Translations under genes and position numbers: made by a program | Assembly: GCF_001194135.2 (NCBI RefSeq) | Contig: NC_068994.1 | Coordinates: forward strand, 1,582,444 to 1,646,443 | Length of the DNA stretch: 64,000 nt | Reading direction: 5' to 3' | Source of the DNA: Octopus bimaculoides | Lineage: Eukaryota | In this document: one piece after another, positions 53,445 through 64,000 of the stretch | How positions within the stretch are numbered: the stretch's first letter is position 1 | How the letters are laid out: each line of letters starts with the position of its first letter | Notes under the pieces: model-generated | Seen by the model: the letters and a program-made list of their open reading frames with translations, nothing else | Told to the model about the DNA's origin: nothing | Databases searched by the model: none

Positions 53445-53785
53445 TTTATCTTTTCACTTGTTTCAGTCATTAAACTGTGGCCATGCTGGGGCATGATGTG
53501 GAAGAATGAATCAATCCTGGAACTTATTTTTGTTAAAACCCAGTACTTATTTTGTCAATCTCTTTTGTTGAACCACTAAGTTACAGGGATGTAACCGGTT
53601 GTCATGTAGTGGTGGTGGTGGGGGACGACAAGCACAGACACAAACACACACATATGTATATGACAGGCTTCCTATAGTTTCTGTCGACAAAATCTACTCA
53701 CAAACTTTGGTTGGCCCGGGGCTATAGTAGAAGATACTTGTCTAAGGTGCCACACAGTGGGACTGAACCTGAAACCATGTGGTAG
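53445..53785 (-). mobile_element. SINE family A copy
   Basis: TCTTTTCACTTGTTTCAGTCATT...GGCCATGCTGGGGC...GAACCACTAAGTTACAGGGATG...AAGGTGCCACACAGTGGGACTGAACC. Confidence 0.85.
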
Positions 53786-54213
53786 GTCTATATATATTTA
53801 TGTTTAGTACAATCTTCCTTTTTAACAATAATGTCAATCCCTTATATTGGAACAACAGCACAGGCTTTTCTGTGAGGTCCCTGTTAATGGAAAAGGACTC
53901 CAGGGCTTGGCAGGTTCTTACATTATACATTTGAGGAAGATGGAAGACAAAATCAAAACTACCAGGGTTTGAACTCAAAACCTCACAATACAAGGTGTAA
54001 ATGCTACAAGGAGTGATCCCCAGTGCTGGACTGGCTTTTCTCATGCAGATGATGATGATGTTAATAATAATAATGAGAATGATATGTTTTTAAGATGGCA
54101 GAGGTGTGTCACAAGACAAAACCAGAGGAGCAACGATGAGGGTGGAAAATGCTCTGGTTGATGGTTTCATCGAACTTGTGTTGAATGGCAGAAAAATTAT
54201 GCAAATTACTTAC

Positions 54214-54292
54214 TAATGTCACGTGTTTTACTACTAGTCTCACATCGCTGCAGTTGTGGGTGGAGGGGAAACATCAAGGGCTCAGCTGCTCG
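54214..54292 (-). CDS. Candidate exon (79 nt) with strong splice signals, unvalidated; could be UTR
   Basis: Minus strand: long poly-T tract gtattttaag|CGAGCAGCTG...GTGACATTA|gtaagt (consensus donor). Only frame 0 is open: RAAEPLMFPLHPQLQRCETSSKTRDI. Confidence 0.35.
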
Positions 54293-54564
54293 CTTAAAAT
54301 ACAAAAAAAAAAAAAAACGAAAAGAACCCAGCCAAACAGGTGATTAGGGTAACATCCTCATATAATTAGAGACAAATTTTGGTTTATGTTAATTAAAAAC
54401 AAATCTAGTTTTATGTTAATTGGAAACAACACTTAGTTTATGAGAGCAAATCCTAGTTTATTATGTTAAAGCTAAATCTGAGTTTATAGTCAATTAATGT
54501 CAAATCGATGCTTAAGATTAATCAAACACCTAATTAAAAGTTGTCTCAGTTCTAATTATTGTTT

Positions 54565-54760
54565 ATTTTTTGTTTCAGTCATTGAACTGAGGCCATGCTG
54601 GGGCACAACTTTGAAGTGTTTAGTTGAACAAATTCAGCCCCAGGGCTTATTTTTAAGTGTTGTACTTATTCTATCGGTCTCTTTTGTGAAACTGCTAAGT
54701 TACAGGGATGTAAACAAACCAGCACCAGTTGTCAAGCTGTGGTGGGGGACAAACACCAAC
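54565..54760 (-). mobile_element. SINE family A 3' half
   Basis: TGTTTCAGTCATTGAACTGAGGCCATGCTGGGGC...CTGCTAAGTTACAGGGATGTAAAC...GGGGACAAACAC. Confidence 0.8.
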
Positions 54761-55806
54761 ACAAATTGTCTCCAATTAATTTTAGTTAAAGTTATAATAT
54801 GATGTAGTAAGGAATAATGAAATCCTCTCGTTAGGGTTTTCAATTACATCTTCTTTGCAGATTTTAAGTCTAGCAACTTCCTGCTGTGGAGTCATAGCAA
54901 CGAGAAGGTGTCAAGATGAGCAAACAGTCGGCTAGAAATAGCAACTAAATCTCACACAAATCACTCTCTACCGTCTTGAAATAGAAAGACAGATTGGACA
55001 ATGTAGCGGTGAATAGATATATATGTATATATATATATAAAGATAGGAGTGTCATGGTTGGAAAGGCTTTGATCAAAGGCTTTTCTCAAAGTGGAACTGA
55101 GTTGTGGCTGAACAGTGAAAGGTTTGCATACAAAACTCACAAGGCCTAATTCTAAAACAGAATCTATGACAATGATGATGATGATGATGATGATGATGAG
55201 CTTGATGAGGTGGTTGTCATGGTGGTGATGATGAAGATGATGATGGTGATGACAACAACGACAGTGATGATGATGGTGATGAAGGTGATGACAACAGTGG
55301 TGGTGGTGGTGGTGGTGATGACAGAGGTGGTGGTGGTGGTGCTGGTGACTCCACTGATGTTATTAAGTTCCATTAACCTTGGTAAAGCTGTTCCTGATGA
55401 GATTAGGGTAGGAATTTGGAGAATTAAATATCAAGGAATCAGCTACAGAATCTGCAATACACACACACAAGCTGAAGCATACACACACACAGAAATATAC
55501 ATGTACACACATATACTTATGTGTGCATACATACACACAATACACACACATATGTACATATCTATATTTGTACATGCATTGCATACCACCAATACATACA
55601 TATATATATATATTTTGTAGTTATGTATATATACATATATGCGTATCTATCTATCTCCCTATTTCTATATATATTCTGACAGACATGTATCTATCTTTCT
55701 ATTCACATATATGTATATATATGCATATATATATATGTGTGTATATATACATATATTTATTCATGCATATATAGTTCATATATGTGTGTGTATCTATGTG
55801 TGTGCG

Positions 55807-55839
<33 letters not shown>

Positions 55840-56334
55840 ATACACACACAAATGTTTATAGCTATGTTTGCATACATCTGAGGGTGCAAGATGAAGGGGT
55901 GGTTTGAGGGTTATTTGGTATTAATTTCTATGATGGGTAGCTACCCTGTCGAGGTGTCCCCTTATTGGTTCACAGAATCGGTGTTTGTTGAAGAATGTAG
56001 AAGAATTTATAGATTTATTGGAAATATTAAGAGAAATCAATAAACAACCAGCTGTGAACGCCCACTCCCCCCACACATACACTACAAGCTACCAGCTGTA
56101 AGATACACATGCCAATGTGTACTTTATAGAAACTACCACCACCACTATCTCAACCATCACCTATACACTACAGAGATCTCATCACCACAGGCATTTCCGC
56201 CACCGCCGCCACTACTACCACTGCCACCACCATTATACCATCACCTATACACTACAGATATCTCATCACCCACACACATTTCTGCCACCACCACAACCAT
56301 CACCACTATCTCTACTATCACCTCTATACTACAG

Positions 56335-56645
56335 AAGGCTTAGTGGTTAGGGCATTTGGTTCATGATCATAAGGTCGTGAGTTCAATTCCCAGCGATGTG
56401 TTGTGTCCTTGAGCAAGACACTTTATTGCTCCATTCCACTCAGCTGGCAACAATGAGTAATACCTGCATTTCAAAGGGCCAGCCTTGTCGCACTCTGTGT
56501 CACGTTGAATCTCCCTAAGAACTACGCTAAGAGTACACGTGTCTGTGGAGTACTCAGCCACTTGCACATAAATTTCATGAGCAAGCTGTTCCGTTGATCA
56601 TATCAGCTGGGACCCTCGTCGTCGTAGCAACCGATGGAGTGTTCC
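56335..56645 (+). mobile_element. SINE family E, near full length (tRNA-like head)
   Basis: GGCTTAGTGGTTAGGGC (A-box-like), GAGTTCAATTCCC (B-box-like), GTGTCCTTGAGCAAGACACT, and 3' GAGTACTCAGCCACTTGCAC...CCGTTGATC...CCTCGTCGTCGT. Confidence 0.85.
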
Positions 56646-57031
56646 TACTACCTAGCATTACAGACATCACCACAAGCGTTTCCACCACCACCACTTCTAC
56701 CACTGCCACTACTACTACCAGCATCGTACAAATGCAGCCCTGCTACCACCACCCAAGCTACAGCACTGCCATCAACCCCACCACTGCAGCGACACCAGTG
56801 ACACTGCAATACACTACAAAATTTCTACATCACCACCAGCACCACTTCTGGTATTACTACCTATACAGTTCCCGGTGTGGTGGAGGTAGTTGTCGGTTAG
56901 CAGCACCACAGGTGGTTGGTAGGTGAGGCAGGTTTGTGTTTGGAGGGGGGGTGTAGTTGTCTATGGAGGAAGAAGGGGTGAATGTGTGGGGGTGTATGAG
57001 TGTATATATATATATGTGTATATGGCATGCT

Positions 57032-57062
<31 letters not shown>

Positions 57063-57451
57063 GCTGAGTGCAGGCAACTGTGTGCTTGGTGATGGAGATC
57101 TGTAGGTGTGATGAGAGCCAGGGTGGGGATCCAGTTCGGAGGTGGTGTGGATATATATATATATATATATGCATGATGGAAATCCATCTGTAGCTGAGTG
57201 TGCGCTTGCATTTCTATGTGTGGTATGATGGAGGCAGTGGAGGTAGTGTGTAGTAGTGGTGGCAGTGGTCATGGTGGTGGCGGTAGCAGTGGTTGTGTTG
57301 ATGGTGATGGTGGAGGCGTTTGCTGAAGAAAGAAACCAGCATCAAAAAGCTGCCTAATGAGCTGGTACGGAAGAAGATGTCTAAATTTGTAGCAAATTAT
57401 GTACAATGTTGCCGCTAATGACTGGTGTAGCATAATTACAGTGAGGCTACA

Positions 57452-57523
57452 TCACATGACCTGCACATAGACCAATAATTATAGTCATGCTGTGTCATGT
57501 GACCTACACATAGAGCAGCCAAT
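57452..57523. promoter_or_regulatory. Duplicated E-box + CCAAT module (candidate cis-regulatory element)
   Basis: TCACATGACCTGCACATAGACCAAT (57452-76) and TCATGTGACCTACACATAGAGCAGCCAAT (57495-57523) in non-repetitive sequence. Confidence 0.3.
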
Positions 57524-57795
57524 GGGAGAACATCTATGGGAAGGAGAGAATTTCAGATCAGCTGTGTCAGACTAACAACAGAAATGTTGTCGGTCCGCTT
57601 GTGTTGAGGTCTCGGGTTCAATCGTCCCAAGTAGCACACACAGCCAAGAGTTTTTGTGTCCTAGTGAAGGGTTGGATCAAAGTCATGTAAGTAAATTTGG
57701 GGTGAAATAGAGACTGTACTGAAGCCTATCATAGTTCAGCTAACAACATTTTGTGCAGAGTTGCACTGTAACCAGCATATATGATGATGATGATG

Positions 57796-57796
<1 letters not shown>

Positions 57797-57842
<46 letters not shown>

Positions 57843-58402
57843 CCTGACACATGACTTCTGATCTTAATCGATTGGAAGTGTTATCATGTACATGCTTTGT
57901 CTTTGTATAAAAAGATGGGTTACAGCAAACATTCTGCTCAATACGACAGGTTTGCTTGTCAATTGTTTGACCTTAGCCAGCTGAGCATGTCCCTTGGTGG
58001 CTGACGATATGTGCATCTCTGATCATGAGCAGAAGTAGTGGGGGGAGNNNNNNNNNNCATCTCTGATCATGAGCAGAAGTAGTGGGGGGAGCATCATAGC
58101 CATGTGTTGAGAAGAATTCTTTGGAGTTTGGATAATTCATCTTGGACACAAGGGTGTTTCATTCATCATCCTTAAACAACCCTTCTTTGGGAATCTTTTG
58201 AGCGGGATGCGCTACTTGACCTGAAGAAAATTGTAACTGGGCCCCACCTGCAAGGTCATGCACTGTTTATCTTGATATGAGATCACCATGTGACGCACAT
58301 GTGGTTGTGATGCATGTACCTGGTGTACCCTTATCAGATGGGTAGATTGGGCTTTGTATACTTTAACCCAGTGTCACTTTGATGGCATGCACTGCTCTCT
58401 CA
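57797..58402 (-). mobile_element. ~600-bp interspersed repeat with (ATT)n 3' tail (SINE/LINE-derived)
   Basis: Non-coding block ending in a long (AAT)n at 57797-57840; the body (GAGAGCAGTGCATGCCATCAAAGTGACAC...TGATCAGAGATGCACATATCGTCAGCC on the minus strand) is one I recall as a common octopus repeat. Single copy here. Confidence 0.5.
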
Positions 58403-58424
58403 ATAATAATAATAATAATAATAA

Positions 58425-58620
58425 CTAGGTTTCAAATTTTGGCACAAAGCCAGCAAGTTTGGGAGAGGGGTAAGTCAATTACATTGGCCCCCAGTGTTCA
58501 AATGATACTTATTTTATTGACCCCTTTAAAGGATGAAAGGCAAATTTGATCTCAGGATGTAAAGATGAACGAATTGCTGTTAAGCATTTTGTCCAGCATG
58601 CAAATGATTCTGTCAGCTTA
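58425..58620 (-). mobile_element. SINE family C copy
   Basis: GGCACAAAGCC...GTCAATTACATTGGCCCCCAGTG...AAAGGATGAAAGGCAAATTTGATCTC...AATGATTCTGTCAGCT. Confidence 0.8.
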
Positions 58621-59160
58621 ATATTACTACCACTACTACTAATAAGAATAATGATGATGAAATTTAGTAGGGTAGGTGAGGTGGGTGGGTAAGTTGACCA
58701 AATTGATCCAAGGACTTGGTCGCTATTACATTTCATTGCACCCCACCCCACCCCCACCAGAGTAAGGAAAGGAAAATTTGGTGGTGGTGGTGATGATGAT
58801 GGTGATGACAACAGTGATGATGACGATGGTGATTATGATGATAATGATCATCATTGTGATGATGATGGTGGGGGTGGTAGTGTCGGTGTGGTTGGCTTTA
58901 ATAGCTGCTCCCCAAATTAATAAGTTTTATTGCAACAATCAGCAATATAATCAATATTATAGAATTTCAAAAATATCAAAGGAAATCAAATACAACTGAT
59001 CAAGCCTTACCTCCGTCTGTCTTTATCCATTTGTGTGTGGCTGTGTAAGTATAATATAGCCTCATCATATATATATATATATANNNNNNNNNNNNNNNNN
59101 NNNNNNNNNNNNNNNNNNNNNNNNNNNNNNNNNNNNNNNATACATACATATATATATATA

Positions 59161-59549
59161 TATTGGGTTGGCAACTCAGTTCCCGCCGTTTCTTTTAAAT
59201 TTTGGAATCTATTTTTTTTGAGAATACTATTTTTGAATCATTTTGGAATCTATTTTGTTTTCTTTCTAGTTAATTTTAGCTAATTTTTGTTTATTTTCAG
59301 ATCATTAAAATGGAACGTCAAGTTAAGAAAAACGAGCATTTTCGACACCTCCTTCTTTTTGCTTTTAGTCAAGGTTCTAAGGCCGCAAAAGCTGCTTGCG
59401 ACATTTGTGCTGTGTATGGAGAGGGTGCCATAGCTGAAAGAACCACTCGTGATTGGTATGCCAAGTTCAAAAATGGAAATTTTAACCTCAAAGACGCACC
59501 TCGGTCTGGCCATCCAGCTAAGTACGATGAAGAGCGATTAAACCATTAG
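59161..59549 (+). mobile_element. Mariner element 5' end: TIR plus truncated transposase N-terminus (HTH)
   Basis: TA|TTGGGTTGGCAACT terminus at 59161. ORF 59310-59549 MERQVKKNEHFRHLLLFAFSQGSKAAKAACDICAVYGEGAIAERTTRDWYAKFKNGNFNLKDAPRSGHP has the mariner I..VYG...W+.+F+.G.F.L.D.PRSG.P motif. Confidence 0.92.
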
Positions 59550-59704
59550 AAGGAGCAGTCAAACCCACTAGAAGGAGCAGTCAAACTCCAAACAGTGTAC
59601 ATTTATTAACAATGATATAATGACTTTTTGGCTAATTTCTGGAAGAAAATCAGCATTTTTTGTATTAACATTTTAAATTTACAACAGTAGAAATTCCACC
59701 CCAA

Positions 59705-60065
59705 AGAGTTTGGTCATTATTGTGATGAAGGCCTAGCCGTTTTCGAACATATGAATAACTATAAAATGGATACTCTTTATGAAGGAGTTTATTGATATTT
59801 TTCAAAGTGTTATGTTTAAAGATCACAGTGGATACATATCTAAACAGAGTTAATGTCTTAGATATAAGTCTAGCTTTAACTACTGACATAATATTCTTAC
59901 AGGAAACCTATCAAGAAATTATTGTTTACTAATATAAATTCCAACAGTTTATTAACAATCTAAAAATATTAGTAACATCTAGCAAATCCATTGATTAAAT
60001 ATCATTCATTTTTCTTATTATTGCAATGACACATTAAAGACAACGACTTCAAAACAAAATACAGT
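59705..60065 (+). mobile_element. Penelope-like reverse transcriptase fragment (frameshifted)
   Basis: FGHYCDEGLAVF (from G.YRDDGL), KEFIDIFQ, LKITVDTYLNRVNVLDISL (from LKITIE.N...VNFLDVTL) and YRKPIKKLLFTNINS, in PLE RT order across three frameshifts. Confidence 0.75.
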
Positions 60066-60889
60066 ATTTCCAAAACAATATAAAAATTTGCCAATGCAAA
60101 GTGGCAATCCTGATTAGTCAAATAGGAATCAAAGGGGTCAGTTTATGGTTGAGAACCACTGGTTAAGGATATTTGTATTTGCAAAACTATTCTCCCCCAA
60201 AACAGTTCTGTCCTCTACGACAACTGTTGCGATAACTATTGCAAGGAAAAACCTTTGATCCCAGGGCTATTCAACCAGGACTGACCTGAGGCTCACCCAC
60301 CACCACCACCAACATCATTACCATCACTGCCACCACCACCACCACCACCATTACACACCCCTATATGACACTATCACCCCACCCCCACCCTCAGGTGCTT
60401 GAAATGGCAATGGTAGCAAGAAACAGCGAATTTTATCAGTTTTGAAATCAATAAGTGTCGCTGGCACTGTAGAATAATGGTATGATGGTGGGGGGGGGGG
60501 AGTGGTGGTGGTGGTGGTTCAGAGAGGGAATTATAGTTCTGGTACTAGTAGAAATGGTGGTGGCATTGTAGTGGTGGTGTTGACAGAGAGAGGATGCCAC
60601 AACAGTGGGTGCAGTACTGGCAAAAGTAGAAGTGGTGTTTGTGACAGTATACGGTTTAGCGGTATAGGTAGTGTTATGTGGTGTTGGTAGTGGTGTATAT
60701 AGAAGTAGCATAGGCTACAGTTGTAGAGAGTGTTGTAGTGGAGATAGAATTACTGGCGCAATGGTGGAATAGTAAATCAAGATGAGATTGTGGTATAGGT
60801 GGTAGTAGGGAGGTGATGGTTGGAGACGGCGATGGTATGGAAACGGTATCATAGTGGTGGTAATGTTAGCGGGAGTGGTAAGGTGGTGA

Positions 60890-61095
60890 GACGGAGGAAC
60901 TGCTAGCACGCTGGGCAAACGGTTCAACAGCATTTTGTCTGTCACTGAGTTTTGAGTTCAAATTCCACCTGGGTTCACTTTGCTTTTCATCTTTTCAGGG
61001 TTGATAAAATAAATACCAGTTGTGCACTGGGGTCGATGTAATCGACTCACCCACCCTCTTGTTGAAATTGATGGCCTTGCACCAAAACTGGAAAC
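60890..61095 (+). mobile_element. SINE family C copy (sense)
   Basis: TAGCACGCTGGGCAAA...GAGTTCAAATTCCACC...TTTTCATCTTTTCAGGGTTGATAAAATAAATACCAG...GGGGTCGATGTAATCGAC. Confidence 0.85.
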
Positions 61096-62035
61096 CAATG
61101 GCAGTTGTAGTGGTATGGGATGTAGTAGTAGCAGTAGGTAATGGTAGTAGTGGTGGTGGTGGTAGTTGTAGTCTGAAGGTATCAGAAACATAGGAAACGG
61201 TATGTACCTAGGTACAACAGCAACAATGCTGAGGTTGATTTAGTACAGAGGGTGGCGGTGGGTGGGGTTGGGGTTATTGAATGTATGTGGAAGGGGTGGT
61301 GGAGGAACTTCTGTGGTTCCTGTGATTTTGATTATATGGTTGTTAGTAGCAGCAGCAGCAGCAGTAGTAGTAGCTGTTGTTGTTGTTGTTGTTGTTGCTG
61401 TTGCTATTGTCATTCATGTTTTTGTTTTGTTTTTTTTTCTGTTGAGGTTCTTCTCTTGTTTTGATCTTCCTTCTCTTGTTGTTGTTGTTGTTGTTACCTT
61501 TTGCTTCTCTTTTTTCTTCTCTTCTTCTTGTTGTTCTTGTTACCTTTTGCTAGTTTCAATGTGGTTCTTCCTTTTTCATTACTGATTGTTCTTTTAATGA
61601 TAGAGCTGGTGTGTGTGTGTGTGTGTGTCTGTGTGTCTGTGTGTGAGGGCGTATCTGTGCTTGTGTGTGTGTATGTGCATCTATGTTTCTGTGTGTGCTT
61701 GTGTGTATCTATGCTTGTTTGTGTAAGTGTGAGGGTGTATCTGTTTGTGTGTGTGTGTATGTATGTGCATGTGTGTGTATATGTGTGGGTGTGGGTGTAT
61801 CCATGTTTATGTTCATGTGTGTATATGCGTGCATGTGTGAGGATGTGGGTGTATCTATGTTTGTAGGTGTATATGTGCATGTGCATGTGTTTGTGTGTAT
61901 TTGTGTATATCAGGGTTTGGGGTGAGGGAGAGGAGAGAAAAGAGGAAAATACTGAGGGATGTGGGTGAGTGTATGGTATGTTTGTGTGTGCATGCGTGTG
62001 TGTGTGTGTATGTTATACAGAGAAAGAGAGGGAGG

Positions 62036-62081
<46 letters not shown>

Positions 62082-62321
62082 AAGGGTGTACCAAAGAGAT
62101 ATAGAGAGAGGAAGATATAAGGAGAGAGAGAGAGACCAGTAATATAATTTTCCTATCTTTACAACATCAACATGGAGAAAGTTGGAAAATATTTAGATTC
62201 ACATTTATGTATTACTATATATAAATATATACACACCCACACAAATTGATAGATACATACACGTATATATACACATTTATATATGTATGTGGATGTATAT
62301 GTATGTGGATATATACATATA

Positions 62322-62365
<44 letters not shown>

Positions 62366-62649
62366 TATATACATGCATATATACATAAAGGTACATATAC
62401 ATATCATACACATGTATATATGCATAAAACATGATTATCATATATGTGAATAGTGTATGTATATATATATATGCATATATGTAAATATATATATATATGT
62501 GTGTATATATATAAATATATATATATAAAACTATATTTATCTATCAACCTCTCCACCCTCTATCCCTTTCTCATACATGCATACATACAAACATACATAC
62601 ATGTGTGCATACATACGCATATATGTAAGTATAAGCATGCATGTCTGTA

Positions 62650-62696
<47 letters not shown>

Positions 62697-64000
62697 TCTA
62701 TGAGAAATGGATAAATACATAACCAGATAGATAGATAGATGATTAGATAGAATGATAGATAGACAGATAAACCAATAAAAAGGTAGATAGGTAAATAACC
62801 CTTCTCCACAGCACATATTTTTATCTGTTGCTTTCTGGTTCAGTGTGTGATTTAGAAAAATGAAAAGGTAGAATGGCAGAGTTTGGGTGAAAGGATGGGA
62901 TAGGGAAGATAATAAGGGTAATTGTGGGATAGGGGTAGTGGTGGTGGTGGTGGTGGTGGTGGTGGCGGTGGTAGTCGTCACTGTCGTGGTTGTGGTGGCA
63001 GTGTTTGTAGTGTGGTTGTTGTTGATGATGTAGTGGTGGTGGTGGTGGTGGTGGTGGTGGTAGGGGTGACATTCTCTAACAACACAGTATTAAATGGAAT
63101 TATCTTCTTGAGCGAGTTTCTCATTTTTTAAACTCCTTTCTCTGTAATCACATTTCTCCAGTGTGTGTGTGTGTGTGTGTGCATGTATGTGTGTCTATAT
63201 GTACGTCAGTATGTATATGTGCATATTACTGTGTCCCAGTGAGCATGTGTGTGTTTATATGAATGTGCATGTGTGTGTACGTGTGTGTGTGGGGGGGGGC
63301 GGTAATTTTATTTGATGTGAAGGGAAAGGAAAACAGGAAGTGAGTGTGAAAGGCAAAGAGAGTTAGAGAGTGAGAGACAGAGAGGTAAAAAAGAGGGAGA
63401 GAGAATTAGAATGAGAGAGGGAGAGAAATAGAAAGAGAGAGGAAGAGGGAGAAATAGAAAGAGAGAGAGGAAGAGTGAGAAGGAGAGAGAGGGGAGTTTG
63501 TATTGATCTTAAATGATTTGTGACGTCAAAGAGTGACATAGTAGTGTAGTAGTAGAGGCTGTAGTAGTTGTTACAAAGGTGGTGGTAGTAGTGGTGATGT
63601 CCTTCCTTTTTGAAGACAGTAGTATGTCATTTGAGAGAAATGTGGCTGCTTTTTCTAGCAGGGTGACTGTCCATGTAAAAGGTTACTCGGCTAGTTGACT
63701 CCCATATATGTTCTTTGTGTGTGATTGCTAGATAGATACACATAAGTATAGGGACAGATAAATATACACACACACACACACGTATAGATACATACACTTA
63801 TATATACATGTATATATGTATTTACATATAGGTATATATTCACATATATACATACACATACATATATGTATGCACACATACACACATATGTAGGCCTGTA
63901 TATATATATATATATATATATAAGTGTATACATACTTATATATATACATTTGAAATATATAATACTGTACCAAGAACTTCCTTTTTATTATTCTACTATA

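Larger units (their letters stand above)
2810..59139. other. Multiple assembly gaps (N runs)
   Basis: Large gaps at 2810-3016, 25168-25546, 28699-29115, 37821-38165, 40687-41011, 51897-52021 and 59084-59139; short placeholder gaps near 11842, 33229, 35234, 35955, 47051 and 58048. Confidence 0.98.
1..64000. repeat. Pervasive microsatellites throughout the window
   Basis: Dozens of (TA)n, (CA)n, (GA)n, (TAGA)n, (CATA)n, (GGT)n, (AGT)n and (AAT)n tracts, e.g. (TA)n 7772-7852 and 32467-32690, (AGT)n/(GGT)n 16430-16600. They produce the YI/HT/CV/poly-amino-acid ORFs. Confidence 0.98.

Noticed and set aside
56335-56400. tRNA-like A/B boxes as a tRNA gene (also at 20911 and 60890)
   Set aside because: No cloverleaf or acceptor stem; these are SINE heads followed by SINE bodies.
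58017-58090. Duplicated CATCTCTGATCATGAGCAGAAGTAGTGGGGGAG around a 10-N gap
   Set aside because: Assembly overlap, not a biological duplication.
1-64000. Numerous 60-290 aa ORFs rich in YI, HT, CV, LS, poly-T/V/H/S or X
   Set aside because: They are translations of microsatellites and N-gaps, with no domain content.

Overview
AT-rich eukaryotic draft-assembly DNA with about 13 N-gaps and very dense (TA)n, (CA)n, (TAGA)n, (CATA)n, (GGT)n and (AAT)n microsatellites. The interspersed repeats match what I recall of Octopus genomes, so this is most likely an octopus intron or intergenic region (inference, not checked). No intact long ORF is present, and nearly all ORF-track entries are microsatellite or gap artefacts. 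Supportable content: (1) many copies of about five SINE-like families, including a five-copy head-to-tail cluster at ~31-32 kb; (2) decayed non-LTR fragments: CR1-clade RT pieces, an RTE 3' end whose 5' part is inverted, and two Penelope-like RT fragments; (3) DNA-transposon fossils: a near full-length Tc1 with both TIR remnants, two mariner fragments and a possible piggyBac-type MITE; (4) a Penelope-type terminal repeat in (TA)n carrying a minimal type-I hammerhead-ribozyme motif (48650-48686), flanked by two fold-back structures; (5) a perfect 69-bp-arm palindrome at a gap edge; (6) a few unvalidated small exon candidates, three of them on the minus strand and phase-compatible. The hammerhead motif and the 5'-inverted RTE are the strongest leads. 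No CRISPR, rRNA or true tRNA genes are supported.
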